In this document: in pieces, positions 1 through 9,766 of the stretch
How the letters are laid out: each line of letters starts with the position of its first letter
Numbering within the stretch: the stretch's first letter is position 1
Assembly: GCA_036149055.1 (NCBI GenBank)
Contig: JAYZQJ010000069.1
Location: 32,001-96,000 of the forward strand
Source of the DNA: Myxococcota bacterium
GTDB taxonomy: Bacteria > Myxococcota_A > Polyangia > Polyangiales > Sandaracinaceae
Direction: 5' to 3'
Length of the DNA: 64,000 nucleotides
Translations under genes and position numbers: made by a program
The notes under the pieces: generated by a model
The model's input: only the letters and a program-made list of their open reading frames with translations
Told to the model about the DNA's origin: nothing
The model's database searches: none

Positions 1-989
1 TCCGGGACACCGAGGGCGGGGTGGCGATCCGCGGCCGGGTGGCGGTGGTTGGCACCGGCTACCAGGAGCAGGCGGTCGAGGTCTTCCGGCTCGACGAGGC
101 CGGCCTCCAGGCCCAGGGGGTGCTGGCGCTGGAGACGGCGTTCGGCCGCGACGTCGCGCTCACCGCCGACCGCCTCGTCGCCGGCTACACGCGGTGGGAT
201 CGGGCGGGCTCGGTCAACCGCCAGATCGGGGCGGCCTACGACGCGGCGCTGCGCTTCACCGACGGGACGGTCTGCGAGGAGGACGCGCAGTGCGGCTCCG
301 GCTTCTGCGTCGACGGGGTGTGCTGCGACACCCGCTGCGGCGACGGTCGAGTGGACTGTCGGGCGTGCAGCGTGGCCGCCGGGGCGGCGACCGACGGGGT
401 CTGCGGCGTGGCGAGCGAGGGCACCCTCTGCCGCGAGGCGCAGGGCGAGTGCGATCTGCCCGAGACCTGCGACGGCGTCGGCGATCGCTGCCCGCCCGAC
501 GCGGTCGCCGGCCCGGACACCGAGTGCCGCGCGTCGGCCGGGGTCTGCGACGCCGCCGAGGTCTGCGACGGCTTCGCGGTCGACTGCCCCGCCGACGCGT
601 CCGAGGTGAACGGCACGATGTGCGTGGACACGGCCGCCTGCGGCGCGTGGTGCGTCGACGGCGCCTGCCTGGCGATGCCCGGGTTCTGCGACGACGGAGA
701 CGTCTGCACCGCCGACATGTGTGGAGAGGCCGGCTGCGAGCACGCCCCGATCGAGGGCTGCTGCCGGGCCGACCTCGACTGCGACGACGGCGATCCGTGC
801 ACCCTCGACACCTGCCAGCCCTTCACCGGCCGCTGCGAGTCGCGTGGCGACCCGATGTGCGTGGCGGACGATGGCCCGACCGAGGCCGGCGGCTGCGTCT
901 CGGCAGGTCGCGCGCCGGGCAGCCCCTGGACGCTGCTCGTCGCCCTCGCGCTCTGGCTCGGCGCGAGAAAACGACGCGGCCACCGATGA
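1..989 (+). CDS. Cys-rich surface protein with disintegrin-like repeats and MYXO-CTERM-like anchor (5' partial)
   Basis: Frame is open from the window start. It has CR..GECDLPETCDG..CP.D repeats, CDDGD.CT.D.C repeats and the C-terminus GGCVSAG..WTLLVALALWLGARKRR. Confidence 0.8.
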   Translation, partial: RDTEGGVAIRGRVAVVGTGYQEQAVEVFRLDEAGLQAQGVLALETAFGRDVALTADRLVAGYTRWDRAGSVNRQIGAAYDAALRFTDGTVCEEDAQCGSGFCVDGVCCDTRCGDGRVDCRACSVAAGAATDGVCGVASEGTLCREAQGECDLPETCDGVGDRCPPDAVAGPDTECRASAGVCDAAEVCDGFAVDCPADASEVNGTMCVDTAACGAWCVDGACLAMPGFCDDGDVCTADMCGEAGCEHAPIEGCCRADLDCDDGDPCTLDTCQPFTGRCESRGDPMCVADDGPTEAGGCVSAGRAPGSPWTLLVALALWLGARKRRGHR

Positions 990-1014
990 GTCCGGGCTGG
1001 CGCGGGAGTCTCTC
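984..1014 (+). promoter_or_regulatory. Candidate ECF (SigG/ECF56-like) promoter CGATGA-N18-GTC
   Basis: CGATGA at 984-989, exactly 18 nt, then GTCTCTC at 1008-1014. It lies directly upstream of the VOC + SnoaL-ECF operon. Confidence 0.6.
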
Positions 1015-1045
1015 CGGGTGACACCTTTCCCCAAGGAGACTTCCG

Positions 1046-1462
1046 ATGACCCGCCAGCTCTTCGTCAACCTGCCCGTCGCCGACCTCGAGCGCTCCAAGG
1101 CCTTCTTCGCCGGGCTCGGCTTCGCCTTCGACGCGAAGTTCACCGACGAGAAGGCCGCCTGCATGATCGTGGAGCCGGACCGGAGCTACGTGATGCTCCT
1201 CTCCCGGCCGTTCTTCCAGGGCTTCACCAAGAAAGACATCTGTGACAGCGCGACCCACGTGGAGGCGCTGATGGCGTTCTCCTGCCCCACCCGGGAGGCG
1301 GTCACGGAGATGGTCGAGAAGGCGCTCGCGAGCGGCGGCGCGGCGGCGATGGATCCGCAGGACCACGGCTTCATGTTCAGCTGGAGCTTCCAGGACCCGG
1401 ACGGGCACTGCTGGGAGCCGCTGTGGATGGACGAGGCGGCCGCGGCCGCGGAGATGGGCTGA
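1046..1462 (+). CDS. VOC/glyoxalase family protein
   Basis: [16 protein letters not shown] and [10 protein letters not shown] motifs; AAGGAG RBS. Confidence 0.9.
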   Translation: MTRQLFVNLPVADLERSKAFFAGLGFAFDAKFTDEKAACMIVEPDRSYVMLLSRPFFQGFTKKDICDSATHVEALMAFSCPTREAVTEMVEKALASGGAAAMDPQDHGFMFSWSFQDPDGHCWEPLWMDEAAAAAEMG

Positions 1463-2400
1463 TGCAGGCGGTGGAGCTCGAGCGGCACCGCCCCGCGCTC
1501 GTCGGGCACTGCTACCGGATGCTGGGCTCGGCGACCGACGCCGACGACGCGGTGCAGGAGACGCTGCTCCGCGCCTGGCGGCACGCCGACGGGTTCGACG
1601 GGCGCGCGTCCCTGCGCACGTGGCTCTACCGCATCGCCACCAACGTCTGCCTGGACCAGCTCGCCCGCGCGAAGCGGCGGGAGCGCCCGGTGGAGGGGCC
1701 GCGCGGCACCATCGACGACGAGCTGATCGAGCGGCCGCGCTCGCACTGGCTCGAGCCGATCCCGGACGCGCGCGCCCTGCCCGACGACCCCGACCCGGGC
1801 CAGCTCGCGGTGCTGCGGCAGAGCATCCGGCTCGCCTTCGTCGCCGCGCTCCAGCACCTGCCGCCGCGGCAGCGGGCCGCCCTGCTCCTCAAGGACGTGC
1901 TCGGCTTCTCGGCCCAGGAGATCGCCGAGGCGCTCGAGACCTCGGTCCCGGCGATCAACAGCACCCTCCAGCGGGCGCGCGCGACCCTGAAGCAGGGGGA
2001 GCTCGAGGGGGCGGAGGCGGCCCTGTCGGAGGCGGACCAGGCGCTCCTCGAGCGCTACGTGGACGCCTTCCATCGCTACGACGTCGAGGCGCTGACCGGG
2101 CTGCTCCGGGACGACGCGGTGCTCTCGATGCCGCCCTACACCCTGTGGCTCGAGGGCCCGCGCGCGATCGGCGACTGGTTCCTCGGCCGGGGCATCGGCT
2201 GCAAGGGCTCCACCCTGATCCCGACCCGCGCCTGCGGCTCGCCTGCCTTCGGTCAGTACCGCCCGGGCGGCGTGCCCTGGTCGCTGATCGTGCTCGAGCT
2301 GAAGGGCGGGCGGGTCGCGTCGATGACCCACTTCCTCGACACCGAGCGCCTCTTCCCCCGGTTCGGCCTGCCGCTCGAGCTGCTATCTTCGGCCGGGTGA
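1462..2400 (+). CDS. ECF sigma-70 factor with C-terminal SnoaL-like domain (SigG/ECF56-like)
   Basis: [41 protein letters not shown] and a C-terminal SMPP motif. The ATG overlaps the VOC stop (TGATG). Confidence 0.9.
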   Translation: MQAVELERHRPALVGHCYRMLGSATDADDAVQETLLRAWRHADGFDGRASLRTWLYRIATNVCLDQLARAKRRERPVEGPRGTIDDELIERPRSHWLEPIPDARALPDDPDPGQLAVLRQSIRLAFVAALQHLPPRQRAALLLKDVLGFSAQEIAEALETSVPAINSTLQRARATLKQGELEGAEAALSEADQALLERYVDAFHRYDVEALTGLLRDDAVLSMPPYTLWLEGPRAIGDWFLGRGIGCKGSTLIPTRACGSPAFGQYRPGGVPWSLIVLELKGGRVASMTHFLDTERLFPRFGLPLELLSSAG

Positions 2401-2897
2401 AGGACAAACACATCCGCATCCGCGTCGCCCAGTGCCTCGCGCTGGCCAACGCCTCGAACTGCCCGCGGCGGAAGTTCGGCGCGCTGCTCCTCGACCCGGA
2501 GCGGAACGTGATCCTGATGGACGGCTACAACGGCGGCCCGCGCGGGGGCGGCGAGCTCTGCGGCGGCGCCGTGTGCCTCCGCGACACGATGAAGGTCCAG
2601 AGCGGGACCCGCATGGAGATCGGCTGCCATCACGCCGAGATGAACGTGGTGTGCAACGCGGCGGCGAACGGCGTGCGCTGCCGCGGCGCCTGGCTGATCG
2701 TCACCGGCGAGCCCTGCGTGATGTGCTCCAAGATGATTCACCACGCCGGCATCACCCGGGTGCTCATCGTCGAGGGCGGCTACATGGGCGCCAACGGCGT
2801 CGAGTACCTGCGCGATCACGGGGTCGAGGTGGTCGCGGTCGAGGGGCCGAAGGATCCCCGCCTGACCGAGGTCGCGTCGAACGGAGAGGCGTCGTGA
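2397..2897 (+). CDS. dCMP deaminase / ComEB-like zinc deaminase
   Basis: SNC.RRKFGA, GYNG.PRG, HAE.N and PCVMC motifs; GTGA overlap with the sigma stop. Confidence 0.88.
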   Translation: MKDKHIRIRVAQCLALANASNCPRRKFGALLLDPERNVILMDGYNGGPRGGGELCGGAVCLRDTMKVQSGTRMEIGCHHAEMNVVCNAAANGVRCRGAWLIVTGEPCVMCSKMIHHAGITRVLIVEGGYMGANGVEYLRDHGVEVVAVEGPKDPRLTEVASNGEAS

Positions 2898-3433
2898 CGC
2901 CCGCGCAGCGCGCCATGTCCACGTGGGTCGGCGCCCTCGCGCGCGGCGGCGTGGTCGAGGAGGACGACGAGGACGCGCTCGCCGGGGAGGCGGTCGCCGC
3001 CTACGTGGTCGGCGAGGGCGCGCTCGAGGCGCTCCGGGCGTGGTTCGCGAAGGCGACCTACGAGGAGGCCATCCGCGAGCGTCGCGCCGCGATCGAGGTC
3101 TGCATCTGGATGGCGCACGCCGACCGCGACATCCACCCGGAGGAGCGCCACCTGCTGCGGCAGCTGGTCACCTTCAGCGGGCTCCCGGCCGACGAGCAGG
3201 ACGCGCTCGTCACCGCGGTGCACGAGCCGCCCAGTCGGGAGGGGCTCCCGGAGCGCCTCACCCAGCCCGTGCTCCGCGAGCTGATCCTCGCGCTCGCCTG
3301 GGAGCTGGCCCTCGCCGACGGCCGCGTCGACGACGCCGAGGCGTCGCTCTACCTCACGCTCGCGAGCGAGCTCGAGGTCTCTCCCGACCGCGCGAAGGCC
3401 ATCCGCGACGCGGTCGGCGAGCGGATTGGGTGA
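2894..3433 (+). CDS. TerB-family protein
   Basis: MAHADRDIHPEE and LALADGRVDDAE (two TerB-like ADG motifs); GTGA overlap. Confidence 0.8.
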   Translation: MTPAQRAMSTWVGALARGGVVEEDDEDALAGEAVAAYVVGEGALEALRAWFAKATYEEAIRERRAAIEVCIWMAHADRDIHPEERHLLRQLVTFSGLPADEQDALVTAVHEPPSREGLPERLTQPVLRELILALAWELALADGRVDDAEASLYLTLASELEVSPDRAKAIRDAVGERIG

Positions 3434-3555
3434 GCCTGGAATTCGACACGGCCAAGGCCGCGGTCCCCCATTGATGGTCTTGCTCCGGGGACGCGGCGCC
3501 CCTACCTTCACGGTTCGGCGACCACGGTCTGCCGAGTCCATAGCAGGGGGAAGCG

Positions 3556-3738
3556 ATGCCCGAGGAGAAGCGGCCGCAGGCCGACGACGATGTAGTGCCT
3601 CCGTCGAACGACGAGGAGGCACAGGCCCCCGGGGGGGAGGCCGTCGACGGTGGGTTCTTCGCCGAGAGCGAGCACGACGGCTGGGGCCCCATCAAGCGCC
3701 GCACCCCTGCCCCGCCCGAGCCCAAGGGCGTGCTCTAG
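3556..3738 (+). CDS. Small acidic hypothetical protein (60 aa)
   Basis: ATG preceded by a purine-rich GGGGGA; high-GC3 codons; fills an otherwise empty gap. Confidence 0.45.
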   Translation: MPEEKRPQADDDVVPPSNDEEAQAPGGEAVDGGFFAESEHDGWGPIKRRTPAPPEPKGVL

Positions 3739-3820
3739 ACGCGCGCGCAGTCATTTTTGCCGCGCGCTGCTAGCCTCCCACTGGGTCGAGGCCGACCGGA
3801 GCGAGAGGCCCGGAGTGGGT

Positions 3821-3860
3821 TGGGGGGAGGGGCGGACCCGGGCGGACCCGCCCCTGCCCA
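3821..3860. terminator. GC-rich stem-loop between convergent genes
   Basis: AGGGGCGG (3828-3835) pairs with CCGCCCCT (3848-3855); contains GGCGGACCCG twice in tandem. Confidence 0.4.
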
Positions 3861-3864
3861 GAAA

Positions 3865-4368
3865 TCACAGATCGGTGTGCTGGGCGGTCCAGTGGCTGAT
3901 CAGCTCGTCGTCCTCGACGATGCGCGAGTGGTAGTGGCCCCACACGTCGCTGATCGCGACGTAGGCGCCCTTCTCGAGCTTCGGGCTGAGCCAGATGGCG
4001 TAGTAGCTGGCGCCGCTGTCGTCGTCCTGGATGCCCTCGAGCTTGGGCAGCGGCTCGCCCGACACCGGGCAGAGGAGCTCCAGCTTGGTGCCGACGGCGA
4101 TGTCGGTCATGCCGTCCTTGCGCTTGTCGCCGTGGATCGGGCTGAGGTGCACGAGGCCCTCGCGCTCGCCGTCGCGGACCTTCAGGGTCACCGCCGGGTG
4201 ATCGTCGAAGGTCACGTCCGAGACGCCGACGAGGTTGTCGCCCTTGGGCCCGAAGGCCTGGGTGATCACCACGATCACGTCGTCCTCGACGGCGACGCCG
4301 GGGGGCTGGGAGTGCCGGTGGCGGCCGGTGATGTTGAGGTGCTCTTCGTCGACGTGCTTGCGAGACAT
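3865..4368 (-). CDS. Hypothetical protein (167 aa)
   Basis: Globular C-terminal part of ORF 3865..5277 starting MSRKHVDEEH; GGAG RBS; CPVSG and WGHYH motifs. Confidence 0.75.
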   Translation of the reverse strand: MSRKHVDEEHLNITGRHRHSQPPGVAVEDDVIVVITQAFGPKGDNLVGVSDVTFDDHPAVTLKVRDGEREGLVHLSPIHGDKRKDGMTDIAVGTKLELLCPVSGEPLPKLEGIQDDDSGASYYAIWLSPKLEKGAYVAISDVWGHYHSRIVEDDELISHWTAQHTDL

Positions 4369-4400
4369 GAGGCGGTTCTCCAACGGCACCCTGGGGTCTG

Positions 4401-5366
4401 TCAATCGCTGATCAGCCGGTCGATCTTCAGCTTCAGCTCGGCGTAGCGCTTGAGGAAGTCGCGGTGGTCCGCGCTGAAGGCCTGGATGAAGCGGCGCTCC
4501 TGGGTGCGCGTGCCCAGCTCCTCCACCACCGCGTCGATCTTCGCGATCAGCTGCGCGGCGCCGGTGAAGGGCCGCTCGACGTCCTCGACCTGACCCTGCT
4601 CGATGCGCTCGATCTTGCCGTCGCCCTCGGCGCTGTAGAGGAGGCCGAGCACCTCGCCGTGCTGCGCCTGGATCGAGCGGATCACCATGCTGCCGCGCAG
4701 ATCGGGCAGCTCGTCCCGGGTCGCGACGATGTCGAGCTTGGCGCTGGTGCCCCGGTCGAGCGCGCCGCCGCCGTTCATCTCGCCGGCGACCTCCCAGTCC
4801 TTGTCCTGCACCAGCTGGCTGAGCTCCTTCAGGAACTCCTGCTCGGGGTCGACGATCAGGACCTTCGGCTTCAGCGGCGCCGCGGCGAGCGAGAGGTGGG
4901 CGTAGACCTTTCGGCTCAGCCCGAGCATCACCTTGAACGACTCGTCGAGCACCGCGCGGACCTCGCGGTAGAGCTCTCCGCCCTGGGCGGCCTGTCGCTC
5001 CTGCGCGCGCTCGACGGTGCGCACGAGGTGCTCGGCCTGCCCTCGCGTCTTCTGCACGACGTCGATGCAGCCCGCGCGGAGCGCCTCGACCGCGCCCTCG
5101 AACGAGGCGCGCGACGTGATCAGGATCACCGCCGTCGGCCGCGACTTGCTCCGCACGTAGCGCACGAGGTCGAGGCCGTGGCCTTCGCCGCCGACGTCGA
5201 GATCGATGAGCGCGACCGGGAAGAACTTCTTGGTCGCGAGCCCCTTGGCGGCCTCGGCGTCGCCGACCGCGGTGCACACGTAGCCCTTGCCGTCGAAGAA
5301 CTTCCGCAGCCCCTCGCGATCTCGATCGGAGCCATCGACGATCAACAGCTCGGTTCCGGATGACAT
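4401..5366 (-). CDS. Response regulator with two receiver(-like) domains
   Basis: ELLIVDG..ALIDL..VILITS..EALRAG in the first domain; second domain PKVLIVD..LDIV is degenerate; ATG at 5366. Confidence 0.85.
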   Translation of the reverse strand: MSSGTELLIVDGSDRDREGLRKFFDGKGYVCTAVGDAEAAKGLATKKFFPVALIDLDVGGEGHGLDLVRYVRSKSRPTAVILITSRASFEGAVEALRAGCIDVVQKTRGQAEHLVRTVERAQERQAAQGGELYREVRAVLDESFKVMLGLSRKVYAHLSLAAAPLKPKVLIVDPEQEFLKELSQLVQDKDWEVAGEMNGGGALDRGTSAKLDIVATRDELPDLRGSMVIRSIQAQHGEVLGLLYSAEGDGKIERIEQGQVEDVERPFTGAAQLIAKIDAVVEELGTRTQERRFIQAFSADHRDFLKRYAELKLKIDRLISD

Positions 5367-5380
5367 CGGTGAACGCGTTC

Positions 5381-6496
5381 CTATCGCGAGAAGGGCATCT
5401 GCATCGCGAGGGGGGCGCGGCCCTCGGGAGGCGGAGGGAGGCGCCAGCTCCCGACCTGGCGCGCGAGGCAGGCGCCGAGGCTGTCGAGCCCCGTCGTGTT
5501 CCGCTCGACGCGGGAGTCGCGCGTGTTGCCGTCGGCCTGGATCTCGAACCCGATGACGACGGTGCCGCGCACCGACTGCTGGTTGCGGCTCGCGTGCTCG
5601 AAGCAGCTCGACGCGCGCTGGATGTAGTACTGGCGGATCACGCTCCGCACCCGGCCGGAGTACATCTGCATCTCGAAGTCGACCGGATCCTCGGGCTCCT
5701 CCATCGAGTCCCAGTCGCGGTCGGAGCCGCCGCCGCCAGTCTCTCCGGTGCCGCCCGAGGATCCCGTGCCGCCGCCGGTGGAGCCGGCGCTGCCGCCTGC
5801 GGAGCCGCTGCCGCCCGAGGAGCCGCTGCCGCCTGCGGAGCCGCTGCCGCCGGAGGAGCCGCTGCCGCCGCTGCCGCCTGAGGAGCCGCTCGAGGAGCCG
5901 GCGCCGCCGCCCGAGGCGCTCCCCCCGCGACGCGTCGTGCTGCCGCCGCGCGAGGCGCTGCGCCCGGTGGTGCTCGAGCCGCGCGAGGTCGGCCGCGGCG
6001 TGCCGGGCACGTAGTCGACGTCGTAGGGGAGCGCCTCGCCTTCGGGCACCGGATCCCCGATCTCGATCTCCTCGGGCGGGATGGGCTCGGGGTCGTCGAC
6101 CTCGGCCTCGGCGACCGTCGCCTCGGGCTCCTCGCCGCCCATGGCCAGCCACATGCCGAGCGCGCCCGCCCCGACCAGCAGCGCGACCACGAGGAGGAGC
6201 AGGCCCCACGCTTTGCCGCGCGAGCGCACGCCCATCGCCGAGAGGCTCATCGTCGTCGGGTCGAAGCCCTCGCTCGGCGGCTGCTCGGAGAGCTCCCAGA
6301 CGTTCGGCTCGCCGGGGGGCGCCTTCTTCTTCGGCGGCGCGCCGGCGCCGTGGTCGTGGCCTGCGACCGTCTTGGCGGCGTCGCCCTCGGGGAGCGGCCC
6401 TCCCGCCTCTCCGGGCGCGGCGATCGCCTGGCCACATTGATTGCAGAAGCGGGCGTCGTCCGCGTTTTCGGCCCCGCATTTCTGGCAATAGACCAT
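5381..6496 (-). CDS. Zinc-ribbon / TM / TonB-C-like (AgmX/GltJ C-terminal-like) membrane protein
   Basis: CQKCG..ARFCNQCG, one TM helix, Gly/Ser linker, then SCFE..GTVVIGFEI..LGACL..W.LPPP..PF. Confidence 0.8.
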   Translation of the reverse strand: MVYCQKCGAENADDARFCNQCGQAIAAPGEAGGPLPEGDAAKTVAGHDHGAGAPPKKKAPPGEPNVWELSEQPPSEGFDPTTMSLSAMGVRSRGKAWGLLLLVVALLVGAGALGMWLAMGGEEPEATVAEAEVDDPEPIPPEEIEIGDPVPEGEALPYDVDYVPGTPRPTSRGSSTTGRSASRGGSTTRRGGSASGGGAGSSSGSSGGSGGSGSSGGSGSAGGSGSSGGSGSAGGSAGSTGGGTGSSGGTGETGGGGSDRDWDSMEEPEDPVDFEMQMYSGRVRSVIRQYYIQRASSCFEHASRNQQSVRGTVVIGFEIQADGNTRDSRVERNTTGLDSLGACLARQVGSWRLPPPPEGRAPLAMQMPFSR

Positions 6497-6521
6497 CGCC
6501 CGCGGAGGATAACAGGATCGC

Positions 6522-6740
6522 TCAAGCGAGGTAGATTCGCGACTTGGCGAAGAGCGCGCTCGTCCCCACGAGACCGGGGCGCTGCGCGAGCGTCTCGAGC
6601 ACCTCGAGGGCGCCGCGTCGATCGAGCGCCTCGGGGGAGCGCCCGAGCTGCGTGAGGACCTCCTCGACCGCCCGCCGCGCCGGCTCCTCGCCGACCGCGC
6701 GCGCGAGCATGTCGATGACCCACCGGGCGACGTCGCTCAC
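6522..6740 (-). CDS. Small helical hypothetical protein (72 aa)
   Basis: GTG overlaps the stop of the upstream regulator; VSDVARWVIDMLARAVGEEPA... Confidence 0.65.
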   Translation of the reverse strand: MSDVARWVIDMLARAVGEEPARRAVEEVLTQLGRSPEALDRRGALEVLETLAQRPGLVGTSALFAKSRIYLA

Positions 6741-7201
6741 TGCGTCGCTGCCTTCTTCTGGAGGACGGCGTCGGCGGCCTGGATCGCCGAGCGGCGGACC
6801 ACGCCCGAGATGCGCGCGGGCTGCGTCGCGGCGGCGAAGGGCAGCGCCCGGATCGCGTCGATGAGGTCGCCGTTGGGGTGGGTCTTGCGCACCACGAAGT
6901 CCACCGCGCGGCCCTCCACCAGCTCGACGCGGTCGCAGCCGGTCCACACGCCGACGAGCAGATCGGGCGCGAGCTCGGCGAGGTGATCGAGCAGCTCGAA
7001 GCCGTCCATGCCGGGCATCTCGAGGTCGGTGATCACGAGGTGGAAGCGCTCGCCGCGCGCCACCCGGCGCAGGGCCTCCTCGCCGTCGCTCGCGGTCACC
7101 ACCTCGGCCCCGAGGAAGCGCCGCAGGAGCCGGCTGCCCGTGCGAAGGAGCAGGGGGTCGTCGTCCACCAGAAGCACTCGAACCGGTCCCATGCGCGTCA
7201 T
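6737..7201 (-). CDS. Single-domain response regulator (CheY-like)
   Basis: VLLVDDD, ITDLEMPGMDG, WTG and VVRK motifs; GGAG RBS before ATG 7201. Confidence 0.9.
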   Translation of the reverse strand: MTRMGPVRVLLVDDDPLLLRTGSRLLRRFLGAEVVTASDGEEALRRVARGERFHLVITDLEMPGMDGFELLDHLAELAPDLLVGVWTGCDRVELVEGRAVDFVVRKTHPNGDLIDAIRALPFAAATQPARISGVVRRSAIQAADAVLQKKAATQ

Positions 7202-7343
7202 CTCGTCTCCATCCTGCCGCGTCGGCTTCGCTCCCCGACCTCTACACGGGGCGTGCCAACGCTGCGGCGCGGAGCGCGCGCTCCTCACCGTCTCAGCCCG
7301 AGACAGCGGAGCGCGTGGGGCGATTCTCAGGGCGAGACGCGCG

Positions 7344-7967
7344 TCACTCCGAGACGCGGAGGCGGTAGCGCCGCGGCTCCCAGCTCGGGAGGCCGGTCGA
7401 GGCCTGACCCCGGAAGACGAGGAGCGCGCCGGCGATCCAGTCGCTGGCGCCGCCGTTGGGGCCGAAGCGATCCGTCTCCGCCGCGGCGACGTGGCGACCG
7501 AAGAGGCGCAAGGCGACCCCGGAGAGACCTTCGCCGAAGAAGAAGAGCGGCACGTCGACCCCGAAGCCGACCGCGAACGCCACGCCCACGTCTCCGTCGA
7601 GCGGCGTGACGGCCACCCCGAGGTCGACGCCGATCGAGTCCACGAGCAGATCCCAGTACCGGTCGCCGAACATGCCGCCGAGGATGAAGCGGGCGAAGAA
7701 GAGCGGGCGGAGGTCGCCCATCAGCAGCACCCGGCTCGCCCCCTCGGGGCGGATCTCCACGCCGGCCATCACGCCGGCCATGTCGAGGTAGCGCGCCCGG
7801 AGCTCCGCCGCCGCGGCGCCCGAGACGCGATCCCCCTCGAAGGTCGCCCCGCCGCCGACCAGGCCCTCGAGGGTCACGTCACCCTGCAGCCGCCCGTGCG
7901 CGGCGTGATCCTGCGCCTTCGCCGAGAGCGGCGCGAGCACCATCAGCGTGAGGAGCGCCCAGCGCAC
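7344..7967 (-). CDS. Secreted hypothetical protein, probable outer-membrane beta-barrel
   Basis: Signal peptide (AKA-Q) followed by alternating beta-strand-like segments. Confidence 0.7.
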   Translation of the reverse strand: MRWALLTLMVLAPLSAKAQDHAAHGRLQGDVTLEGLVGGGATFEGDRVSGAAAAELRARYLDMAGVMAGVEIRPEGASRVLLMGDLRPLFFARFILGGMFGDRYWDLLVDSIGVDLGVAVTPLDGDVGVAFAVGFGVDVPLFFFGEGLSGVALRLFGRHVAAAETDRFGPNGGASDWIAGALLVFRGQASTGLPSWEPRRYRLRVSE

Positions 7968-8047
7968 GTCGCGACCCTAGCAGCGTTTCCGGGGAGCGGC
8001 CCTCCCGCTCGCTGGACGCGCCCGGCCCCGTCCATCACGCTCTCTCG

Positions 8048-9703
8048 GTGCGGATCGGGGGCGCGCAGATCGGGTTGCTGCTCGCGGCGGGGCTGTGCGG
8101 CTGCCACGCCAGCCACGGTCTCGCCGGCTCACCCGGCGACGGTGGCGAGGGCGGCGTCGCGATCGACGCCGCGTCGAGAGTCGACGCGTCCGAGGCCGGT
8201 CCCGACGCCTCGGACCCTCCGCCGGATGCGAGCGATCTCTGCGAGCCCCACGCGATGACGCTCCAGGACCAGTGGTCGCGGGAGCCGCTCGACGCCTTCC
8301 CGGATCGGGTCCACGTCAGCGCCACGCCGCTCGTCCTCCCGCCCTCGAGACCGGGCGGGCGCCCCCGCTTCGCGTTCGTGTCCCACGGCGTCATCGTCGA
8401 CCCGGACTTCGCGAGGAACCACGAGGGCCCGGAGTTCTCCGGGCGCATGCCGGTGGAGCTCGGCGGGGTGCTGCGCGTGTTCGACGCGGAGACCGGCGAG
8501 ACGACGAGCTGGGGGGACCCGCCGCTCTTCACCACCCTCGCGCCGACCGCGAGCCTCGCGGCGGGCGATCTCGACGGAGACGGCGAGCTGGAGCTCGTGG
8601 CGCTCGGCGCGTGGGGCTTCCTGCACGCGTTCGAGCTCGACCTCACGCCGATGTGGCGCTCGCTCGCCCCGCCGCCCGCGCCGCCGATCGGCACCAGCGG
8701 CCGCCGCCCGCCCATCCACGTCTCCGGCGCGCCGGTCGTGGCCGACCTCGAGGGCGACGGCGACGTCGAGGTGGTCTTCGGGCACTGCGTCGTCGAGGGC
8801 GCGACCGGGGAGGTGCGCTTCTGCCTCGAGGGGGAGCACTGGCGCGGCTCGCAGGGCTACTGGGGCCCGCTGGTCGACGTCGCCGATCTCACCGGTGACG
8901 GCGCCCTGGAGGTGGTGGCCGGCACCATCGCCTACACCGCGCGCGGCGAGGTGCTCTGGCGTCACGAGGTCGAGGGCCTGCAGGGCTTCGCCACCGTGCG
9001 AGACGTGCTGCGCGCGCACCCGGGCCCCGAGGTGGTGCTCGTCGCCCGCGCCCGGCTTCGGTTCCTCGATCCGCGCTCCGGGCGCACGCTGCAGGAGCTC
9101 CCGCTCCCCGGGGCGCCGGGGGAGGCCTTCTTCGGGTGCCCGGGCGACGAGTCGCCCACGCGGGTCCCGGTCTTCGCGGGCGGCCCCGCGCTGGTGGGGG
9201 ACGTCGAGGGCGACGGGAGCGTCGAGGTCTTCGTGGCCATGTGGGGGGAGCTGCTCCGCGTCCAGCCGGAGTGCGAGGGCTGCGAGATCGGCTGGTCGGT
9301 CCCGATCCACGACACCCAGAGCGCGGTCACGGGGGTGAGCGCCGCCGACCTCGACGGCGACGGTCGGGTGGAGATCGTGCACGCGGACGAGACGCGCCTG
9401 CGCGTGATCGACGCGCGCACCGGCGAGGTGCGTCACGAGGCGCTCAACTTCAGCCGCACCCGCACCGAGTTCCCGCTGATCGGCGACTTCGACGGGGACG
9501 GGAGCGCGGAGATCGCGGTCGCGTCGGGCAGCGAGTCCTGCATGCTGCGCACGCACGGGCGCGGGAACCCGCCGGGGCTCCGCTTCTTCGGCGAGCGGCT
9601 CGACCGCTGGCTCGACGCCGACGCGACCTGGATGAGCCACGGCGGCCCCCTCGGGGAGGGCCGCTGGAGGCCGACGCGCGGCTCGCCTCGCCCGTGCCCG
9701 TGA
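8048..9703 (+). CDS. FG-GAP/VCBS repeat lipoprotein
   Basis: Lipobox-like LCGC; repeated D(L/F)DGDG..E(I/L)V motifs. Confidence 0.85.
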   Translation: MRIGGAQIGLLLAAGLCGCHASHGLAGSPGDGGEGGVAIDAASRVDASEAGPDASDPPPDASDLCEPHAMTLQDQWSREPLDAFPDRVHVSATPLVLPPSRPGGRPRFAFVSHGVIVDPDFARNHEGPEFSGRMPVELGGVLRVFDAETGETTSWGDPPLFTTLAPTASLAAGDLDGDGELELVALGAWGFLHAFELDLTPMWRSLAPPPAPPIGTSGRRPPIHVSGAPVVADLEGDGDVEVVFGHCVVEGATGEVRFCLEGEHWRGSQGYWGPLVDVADLTGDGALEVVAGTIAYTARGEVLWRHEVEGLQGFATVRDVLRAHPGPEVVLVARARLRFLDPRSGRTLQELPLPGAPGEAFFGCPGDESPTRVPVFAGGPALVGDVEGDGSVEVFVAMWGELLRVQPECEGCEIGWSVPIHDTQSAVTGVSAADLDGDGRVEIVHADETRLRVIDARTGEVRHEALNFSRTRTEFPLIGDFDGDGSAEIAVASGSESCMLRTHGRGNPPGLRFFGERLDRWLDADATWMSHGGPLGEGRWRPTRGSPRPCP

Positions 9704-9766
9704 GGCTGTGAGGGAACCGGTTTCCTCCCCTGGCGGCGCTGCTATGGTCCGCGCCGTTTCACAGGG

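Noticed and set aside
2397..2897. Deaminase as an anti-phage dCTP deaminase
   Set aside because: It is a single small domain without the P-loop kinase fusion of the defence enzymes, and no defence island surrounds it.
5750..5920. 18-bp tandem repeats
   Set aside because: They encode the GGSGS(S/A) linker of the 5381..6496 protein.
7243..7259. TTGGCACG upstream of the response regulator as a sigma-54 promoter
   Set aside because: The -12 element is GT rather than GC, so it is too weak to call.
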